Shown piece after piece: positions 53,600 through 64,000 of a stretch of DNA of 64,000 bases (positions within the stretch are counted from its first letter, which is position 1; each line of letters begins with the position of its first letter). A program made the translations under genes and the position numbers. The notes beneath the pieces were generated by a model. The model ran no database searches. It was given only the letters and a program-made list of their open reading frames with translations, and was not told the origin of the DNA. Source of the stretch: Strigamia acuminata (lineage: Eukaryota); NCBI GenBank assembly GCA_949358305.1, contig OX442314.1, forward strand, positions 20,460,001 to 20,524,000, read 5' to 3'.

Positions 53600-53851
53600 A
53601 TTGATGCGGAGGATGAACCAGAAATCTGAGAGTAAAAATAAAGCTGAGTGGCCACTGCCATCTGTGGGCTAATTTGTATACAATAAGTAAAAAATTAATA
53701 AAATAAATAAATAAAAATAAGTTGGCTGAAATTCTACTTTGAAATATTTATTCTGTTGCACAAATAAACCAAAACATTTTTTAAAATAATAATTGTTTTA
53801 TTCTATTTCTGAATCAATTCGATTCGTGTTTTAGTTGTATCCATTTCCAAA

Positions 53852-56652
<2,801 letters not shown>

Positions 56653-56716
56653 AATAAGAAATAATTTTTAAGAAAATTCATGAGTTTATTGTCTGAAAAT
56701 TTATAGTTCATTAAAA

Positions 56717-58445
56717 TTATTTATCCTTTAAACTCGCAAATGGAATTCCCCACACACTCCTACAATGATTTCCTACGGTTGGTCGTGCGATTTTTGAATA
56801 CAGATGTTCGTTAACAATCACATTTGGTAAATTTAACTGAAGCGCTTGAATAATCGGTTCTTGAAATAGTCCAAAGATGATCAGTTTTCTCAAGCACGGC
56901 ACATTTATCAAGGAACTAAATTTAAAAAAAAAATATTTGTAAATCATCGGGTTGTAATATATTACAAAAATATATACGTACTAAAAATGATCCTCCTTTA
57001 AACTGTAACAACGTGAAAGAGCGAGATAATTTAAGTTGGGTAGTTTTTCAAAAGTTTCGAAGAGAACAGGAGTTATACATGATGAATCGCTTAAATCTAA
57101 TTCCTCAATTTGGTTGCACCTTTCGATTATATTTATAACAACTAAACGAATACATAAAATTTAAAATTAAATTTAAAAAATATATATTTGCATATACCAT
57201 CATTTGTAAGAACATTCCTAAATCCTGAGATATTTAGACTTTTTATAGTTGCAGGAAGCTGATGAGATATGAGGATTAAAGTTAGATGATCGAGTTCAGT
57301 CCACGCAAGGTTTAAGTCCATTAACCTGGAAAAAAAATGCTGTAAAAAATGTTACACTTCAGGATTTCAAGAAATATTTACTTTGAGCAGCCTTGAAAAA
57401 TAATACTGAGTCCATTTTTAGTGACACCTTCGCACATGGATAAATTTAAGGTCGTCAAATGGCAATTTGCACCGACAAACGAACATATTTTATCGTTGAT
57501 AAGACAATTTTCCAAACTTAATTTCTTTAATTTTCGACATGTGTTAAGGATTTGTTCGAGTGCATCAACATCAATAGTTGTAACACTTAAATCTAGGTAT
57601 TGCAATAGACTTGTTCCAACTTTCCGCACAAAAATCGGCGTTTTGATCGTAGATTTAGCTAATCTTAATACTTGAACTCCTCTATTTAAGACATGACCTA
57701 TTACACCCGATTGAAGTGTTCGTTCGCCTAAATCAACTCGCCGCCATAACGTTTCGTCAAACCTACAAAATAAATATTTAAATGAAAACTATTGGGTCAA
57801 AGGTATGATCAACAGATTCAATTAATTTACGCTATTCTTTTCCAGTGTTTACAAACTTGTGCGCAACGAATTAATGACGCTCTAGGAAGCCACTTGAAAA
57901 TATTGAGCATCACTTCATCCGCTATTTGCGGAAAGGGGTCTAAATAGTCAAATCATCAAAGTCAACCTAAACCTATCTATTCATTACATTTCTAACTTCA
58001 GATCATACCCGTTCGTGTTATTATCGTAGGTGGTTTACTTGTCGGTGGACTCTGCAAGACATTTAGTTAAGTATTTTGTTTTCTTTTTTTTTTCTTTTAC
58101 AAAAATGAATACTCATCAGATTTTCGTGCTTACTGCAAGTGGAAGATGTCTAGTGTGTCGTTTTGTGGGTTTTGGTTCGTATTCGTCAGAAGAACTGTCA
58201 TCTCCGTCAAAATCCATCGGCGATAAACCCATTTCTCCGAGATATGTCGCATTAGCCATTTCATATTTTGCTCGTTCTAGTAATCGTGTTGAGACATTTT
58301 CTTTTTTTCTAACGGTTTTCCTTTTTTTGATTGTTTTGTTTGTCCTTTTAAAAGGAAATTATTAGAATTTTAATTTGCATCTAGTTTCTTGTTGGTCTTA
58401 CCGTGTTTTGCTTCTTTTCTGCGGTTTTCTTGCAACAGGTTTCAT
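56717..58445 (-). CDS. SKP2: S-phase kinase-associated protein 2 (F-box plus LRR)
   Basis: F-box IADEVMLNIFKWLP...VCKHWKRIA|FDETLWRRVDL; LRRs; C-terminal SKIARPTVGNHCRSVWGIP typical of SKP2; start codon choice tentative. Confidence 0.88.
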
Positions 58446-59072
58446 GTTAACTCTTGATCTTGCTCTTGCTCATGACGGCGGTAAACGAGGGCGACATCAT
58501 CCGGGGTTTTTAGTTACCTACAATGCATCGGGGTCTGGAAGTTACGGATAAGTTTTTTAGTTTTTTTGTTCAAAGTAGTCTCTAGAGTCATTTAATTAAA
58601 ATGATTTTTTTTTTTTTTTTAGAAACATTTAATTATTTCTGTTTACTTGAAGAGCGATGCTGCTTTTTGTTACCGTGCCCATGCATGGGTTGGGTACCAG
58701 CTCAGCTCCAACTGAGTGTTCCATTCCAGCATTGAAAAATGTGAAGTTTTTATTTTTTACAAAAGAAAATAATTTTTTTTGTACCAACTCACGTTTCCCA
58801 GCAAATATATTTTAATTTTACGATTTTTCCTTTCGCCAATTCCGCGTACGAATTAAGAACTTTAATTTTGCCGACCTCCTCGAGATTCACGGTTCTCTCA
58901 CCAGTCACCATGACAAAAAAAACTACCGGCGAATTTTAAAATTATTAACATTTCAAAATCATTTCCGGATTTGAAGGAAAGGACAGTCGGTAATTGAAGT
59001 ATGTTACAGCATATCTTATTTCTTCTCAAAAACTCGACTCCAATCAAACAGCATGAAAGAGCCTTTCCAAAA

Positions 59073-59105
59073 ATTAAAATACTTCGATCGTCGAAGTATT
59101 TTAAT
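59073..59105. repeat. Perfect 15-bp-arm inverted repeat with a 3-nt loop
   Basis: ATTAAAATACTTCGA-TCG-TCGAAGTATTTTAAT. Confidence 0.85.
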
Positions 59106-59638
59106 CGAAGTTCGATCCACAAGAAGAAAGTTTCCTCTACGAGTATGAGGATCACCAATGATGCACAAAAGATAAATCTATATATTTCTCCAATTTGTGT
59201 TTAAATTACATTTATTTAAAGTACCGGTAATCACATAAAAAGAGTCATATACCGGTATCATCTTAACGATAAATTACCATCAATATTTGACAAAAAGTTG
59301 TTTGAAAGCAGCTTTTGGTCTTATGGTGTTTAGGAGAGCTAGTATTAATCGTATCGATTTGTTGTGTGGGTAGATCTCTGGCTTCTTAGACCAAATTGCT
59401 TTTCTGTCATTTATCCAACAATCTTGCTCGGCAACGACAAACAAAAGCGAGAAATCCCAAAAGGATAATCAACAATCAGGCTGTGCAGACTCGCGCTAGG
59501 AGATTATTATGACACGATGACTTGTCTCTTGTTTCCAGTTAACTTCCGATGGGCGGTCGCTTAATTAGAATGTAAAAATGGTTTAAGCCTAGCAAAGAAT
59601 GAAATATAAAAAATATCTATATTGAAAATAATTTCATC

Positions 59639-60798
59639 ATGACTACCACGCCAAAGAAAGGGAAAAAGGGAAAGGAAGTGCGTTCTGGGTCTATTTTGGA
59701 CATGATAGAACCGGTTGAATCGGAACAAAGTGCCGATATGGAAGCGGACAGTGAAATAACTATCACCCAAACTGAATCCCTGCACAGGATTTACTTTTCT
59801 GAAGTTATTGGCCATTCAACTGAGATTCATGTAAGATTAAACTACAATTACCCAACAAATAATTTGAATATTTATTGCCGTAGTTGCAAGCGGACAACAT
59901 AATTCGACCTCACAGTACTATAAGTGAAATCAATACGGATAAAATTATTCCTCCAGGTTACACACGTCGCCATTTATTCTTTTAATTTTAAAATACGTAA
60001 TAATTTATTTCTTTCGTTTTATAGCCAATATATTCCAAGGACCTGGCTCTGTGGATGCGATTTTGTCTCGATCTGGAGACGACGACCACATACTAGATAC
60101 AGTAAACTAAAACTTTCTTTTTGTAAATAAATGATATTTTGATTACTTGCATTTGTAGAATTTTCCCAAGACAGCCTACGAGCCAAAAGTTCAGTTGCAA
60201 TACATAGTAAAACCGGGCGCATTGCCACGAATGGTTCAAGTGGAGCGGTAAAATTGCTTTCCATTAAAGTGATGTCAAATATTAATACGAATTTATCTTT
60301 CTGTGTGCAGGCTTCGTCGTACCTATGCCAAACAAAATCTCGAAGATGTTTTGAAGAAAAAGAAAGTGCAAGTTGACGATCTTATAATGAAAAACGTGTT
60401 CTCGAGAATCATTAAGCACGGAAAGGAGCTGGAGTACACGTCGTTTTTACCGGTTGAATTGTTCGATAACAAGGACTTTGATGTGCGATCACCTCACGAT
60501 TGGCTCAATAAAGCTATCGTCAAAGATGGAACTCGAAAAGCGTTGCCCGCCAAAGCTTATTTACCAAACAAGTTCTCCTGTATGTAAATCTAGACTAAGA
60601 AATGTTAATTGTTTATTTACATCTGATCTAATTCAGACGACGAGGGAGACGAAGCAGTGACTTATCGTTGGAGGGATGTAGCGGTGCTTGATTACAACGA
60701 GAAATCTGCATTGTGGTTAGTACAAACACTCAATTCGAAAGATAGGATCTTGGAGGAAGGCGAGAATTTTTTTTGGAAGAGAGGATTGGACCATCTAG
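59639..60798 (+). CDS. DNAH1: Axonemal inner-arm dynein heavy chain 1, first six exons only (partial)
   Basis: Spliced reading NFPKTAYEPKVQLQYIVKPGALPRMVQVER|LRRTY...FLPVELFDNKDFDVRSPHDWL...RKALPAKAYLP|...YRWRDVAVLDYNEK matches the DNAH1 N-terminus as I recall it; donor GT at 60799. Confidence 0.85.
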
Positions 60799-62237
60799 GT
60801 ATTTTAATTTTAATATTTATTCAATTAAATTTAATTCAACCATAACACGCAGAAGTGTAATTTGGCGAGCAAACAAGTAAAATTTCATTGGGTGCGTTTA
60901 TTGGAGAAGTCATTTTAGATAAGTCGATTCGCCTTTTGAAGTTTGAATGCTCCAATTATCTGAAAAGTAAAAGAAAATAATGTACTAGTGACATAAAGCT
61001 GATAGTCACAGATTTAAGATTTGGCTATACAAATCCTGATTTCTTAGACATCCAAACACCCAATTCTTTGTTTAAATGCCACACACATTATAAAAGGCTT
61101 TTATTTAACTTGACATGAACGTTTGTTTGTGTTTGTTTGTCTGTGTCAATGTCCGGTCACGTGACCTGTAATGTAATTTTTCAAAACCGCAGCGCCAAAT
61201 GGCGGAACCTGTGTCCTTTAATGGATGCCAAATTGTTCGCCCGATACGAATTTTGATGTTTTCGATACTAAAAAAGGATCTAAAAATTCTGAAACCAGGC
61301 TAAACCTGGTTAAAACAAAAATTCCCATCTGTCCATATATTTTGTTTTATAATATTATTTAGAAAAAGTACTTTATTGAAAGTTTTCTGGCACGATCACG
61401 ACGAAACAGTAGCGCACTCTGGCGGCGATTTGAAGCACCAATATAAAAGACTTTTTCCAAAAACTTGGTTTTTTATATTTACTTGTTTTTATCTGGAAGT
61501 TGAAGCATGTGACTACAAAGGAAATTGGGATCAAGGGTGTGCTGGTGTTATAGTCATTGTTACACCATGCTGGATTCATTCACTCTTTGTAATCTCCGGC
61601 TAAACAGGAGATGGCGCTACTAGTCGGGTTACGTCACTTCCGGTTCTACTAACGGGTTGCGCGGTCAGGTTCGAATTGCTCTACGAGAAAATTTTCAATA
61701 AGTATCGTTTTTTCTACCTTTTTCAAAAGAAATTGTTATATTTTTCGAACCCCTTTGTAATATCATTGTTTTTTATAGTTACATAAAATGAATTCCTTCG
61801 TTAAGGTTATCGGTTTCCCGATTATTAATGACAATGACGATAATACTGACCACGCGGTCCAAACTTTGAACCAACAATCGCCGCTGCCTTCGCCGAGAAG
61901 GATGAACCAGCGGCTAGATGTGCTAACCGACGAAATTGCGCGGTTTGATGCAGACTATCGCTGCAAATCAGATTGCTGCGGGAACGGTCGTCGTTCTTCC
62001 GCAGACTGGCGTACTTCCTGTGGCTGGGTCAGGCGCCGTGCCTGAACCGCTGACCACTAACGTCTTGGCTGGACGTCTTGGCTTTCTAACATGTGTTGGA
62101 TAAACAGCCGGCGGAAACGGTTGTCGTTTTACCGCAAAGAAACCTTATCGCTACGGACGGAACGGTTAATATATCCGTTCCGACTTCCGTAAACGGAACA
62201 AAAATTTTTATTTTTTTGAACCCCGTTCTTGCGACTT

Positions 62238-62880
62238 CCCCTGTCGTCACAGGCGGAGCAGATCCCGAGCAGATCCAATAGTCGGGACAAACTGTGTTTT
62301 GTACTCCTTTCTGGCGAAATCCCCTGTCGTCACAGGCGGAGCAGATCCAATAGTCTGGACAAACTGTGTTTTGTACTCTGTTCTGGCGAAATCCCCTGTC
62401 GTCACAGGCGGAGCGGAATGCCCCTGTCGTTACAGGCGGAGCGGAATGCCCCTGTCGTTACAGGCGGAGCGGAATGCCCCTGTCGTTACAGGCGGAGCGG
62501 AATGCCCCTGTCGTTACAGGCGGAGCGGAATGCCCCTGTCGTTACAGGCGGAGCGGAATGCCCCTGTCGTTACAGGCGGAGCGGAATGCCCCTGTCGTTA
62601 CAGGCGGAGCGGAATGCCCCTGTCGTTACAGGCGGAGCGGAATGCCCCTGTCGTTACAGGCGGAACGAATCCAAATATCAGGACAAACTTTGTTTTGAAC
62701 CTCGTTCTGGCAAAATCCCCTGTCGTCACAGGCGAAGCGGATCCATTAGTCGGGAAAACTTGTTTTTTAGCCCCGCACTGGCGATTGCCCCTGTTGTTAC
62801 AGGCGGAACGGATCCAAATATTGGGACAAGCTTTGTTTTTGAACCCCGTCCTTGCGAATACCCCTGTCGTCGCAGGCGGA
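62238..62880 (+). repeat. Compound tandem array: 72-bp units interrupted by nine 28-bp units
   Basis: Repeat head CCCCTGTCGTYACAGGCGGA at 62238, 62321, 62393, then every 28 bp to 62645, then 62717, 62788, 62861. Confidence 0.95.
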
Positions 62881-63073
62881 CCGGTAATTTTATCCGCTTC
62901 GGATCCAACCGTAAACGGTACATACGCAGACGGATCGAACAATGTTTCTGATCCCGTCATCCCGGATAATATGGTTAATTTATCCGTTCCTATTACTGAC
63001 GAATCGAACATGTTCCGATTCCGTCATCCCAATCTCCCCTGTCGCCCAGTTGTTTCGGCTTGCGAGTTCTTGA

Positions 63074-63120
63074 GAGCCACTAGACAGATGGGCGAGCCAC
63101 TAGACAGATGGGCGGACCAC
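63074..63120 (+). repeat. 20-bp tandem duplication
   Basis: GAGCCACTAGACAGATGGGC x2 plus a partial third copy. Confidence 0.85.
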
Positions 63121-64000
63121 CGCTCGTTGGGGTCACATTGAATGCAAATTGATCGGGAAGTTTGTGCGCATGAAAATGAAAAGTAGGTTTTGACCGAAAT
63201 TTAAGTCATAACTAAATTTAGTTATAAAGATCTTGTATTAGAATCACAAGAAGTGAAAAATATTCACTTTAATTTTGATTTTCTGTAGAAAAATCGAACA
63301 TCTTCGTAAAACGAGAATTCTACCACGTGGTAAAACCATAAACAGGTTAATAAATAAAAATTATTTTATAAATCTACCACGGGAAATTATAAAATTCAGT
63401 CCGAATTTATCGTTGTTTTGTCCGCCTACGGAACGTCGTTTTCACCGAATTCAAATTCGAATTATTTTCAATCGGCCATTTCAAGAAATTGACAAAAAAG
63501 TTATCAGACACTTACACCAACTTTTATTTGGGAAATAAGTACAAAGGAAAGTCGATACTGTTTAAAGAACAGGTTTATTTGTTCTCAAATTTTGGTTACA
63601 AGATTAACACATACCTCATACCTGATCAACCTTACTTTCGTTTCGTATAATCAAGACCGTGATTTTAAAATAGTAAAATCCAACAAGGCAAGGATTATCG
63701 CTCGAATGTTCTAATCCGATGAAAACATTTTACAGCTGCTTTGCCTAGAAACCAGAAGCGCCAAGAATCCAACGATTTAGCGTGCTTCCTAATTGTTATT
63801 AACAATTTTTCAATCGTGAATTCAGATTGTTTTAATCACAATCTTTGTTTATTTCGATTTATAACTTATATCGAATCAGAGTGTCACAGTTCTCTTGTAC
63901 GCATTTACGAAAGTGAATGAGATTGGTTTAGACAAATTTACTGGAAAAAGTTTCGATTGAAATAAATAGGAACAGAAATTTATCTATAATGTCTAAAAAT

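Larger units (their letters stand above)
61788..63141 (+). pseudogene. Decayed ORF for a Pro/Val/Thr/Gly-rich repeat protein of unknown family, probably belonging to a mobile element
   Basis: ORF fragments 61788-62045, 62093-62281 and 62299-63141 share repeated peptides (TVVVLPQ twice, VNxSVP twice, PVVTGG many times) but are broken by a stop and short duplications. Confidence 0.4.

Noticed and set aside
58898..59204. Short overlapping ORFs between SKP2 and DNAH1
   Set aside because: No recognisable protein features or convincing splice structure
61606..61680. tRNA or tRNA-derived SINE (TGGCG...GGTTCGAAT resembling A and B boxes)
   Set aside because: The bases flanking TTCGAAT cannot form a T-stem and no acceptor stem is evident; the motifs fit Pol II promoter elements better
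62238..62880. CRISPR-like array (palindromic repeat with intervening sequences)
   Set aside because: The intervening sequences are homologous to each other, nine repeats have no spacer, the context is a eukaryotic genome and no cas genes are present; it is a tandem repeat

Overview
AT-rich, gene-dense eukaryotic genomic DNA from an invertebrate animal, most likely an arthropod (a PTP69D-type receptor phosphatase with the WKD loop is present). Most introns are about 55-80 nt. About 20 spliced protein-coding genes can be reconstructed by eye: COPA (runs off the left edge), ANKRD16, a divergent DEG/ENaC subunit, CFAP57, TECR, a DNAJB Hsp40, FAF1, FAM32A, SPEF2, SPATA6, MRPL55, two tandem cystinosins, PTP69D, an SLC25 carrier, HOOK, eIF2D, KRI1, SKP2 and the 5' exons of DNAH1. 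Gene names come from remembered protein motifs, not database searches; CDS coordinates are start-to-stop spans including introns. Non-genic highlights: (1) a young 1294-bp Foldback/Mutator-like element with modular CAGCTG arms and a perfect 9-bp TSD, inserted 10 nt into a 75-nt SPEF2 intron; (2) an uncharacterised region of about 3 kb after the last visible DNAH1 exon, with promoter motifs and a decayed ORF built from 72-bp hairpin-headed repeats containing a frame-preserving 9 x 28-bp expansion; (3) several small hAT/CMC-like MITEs in introns; (4) RFX X-boxes at ciliary genes, a perfect HSE, a CLEAR site and GC-AG introns. No rRNA, tRNA or true CRISPR array was found.
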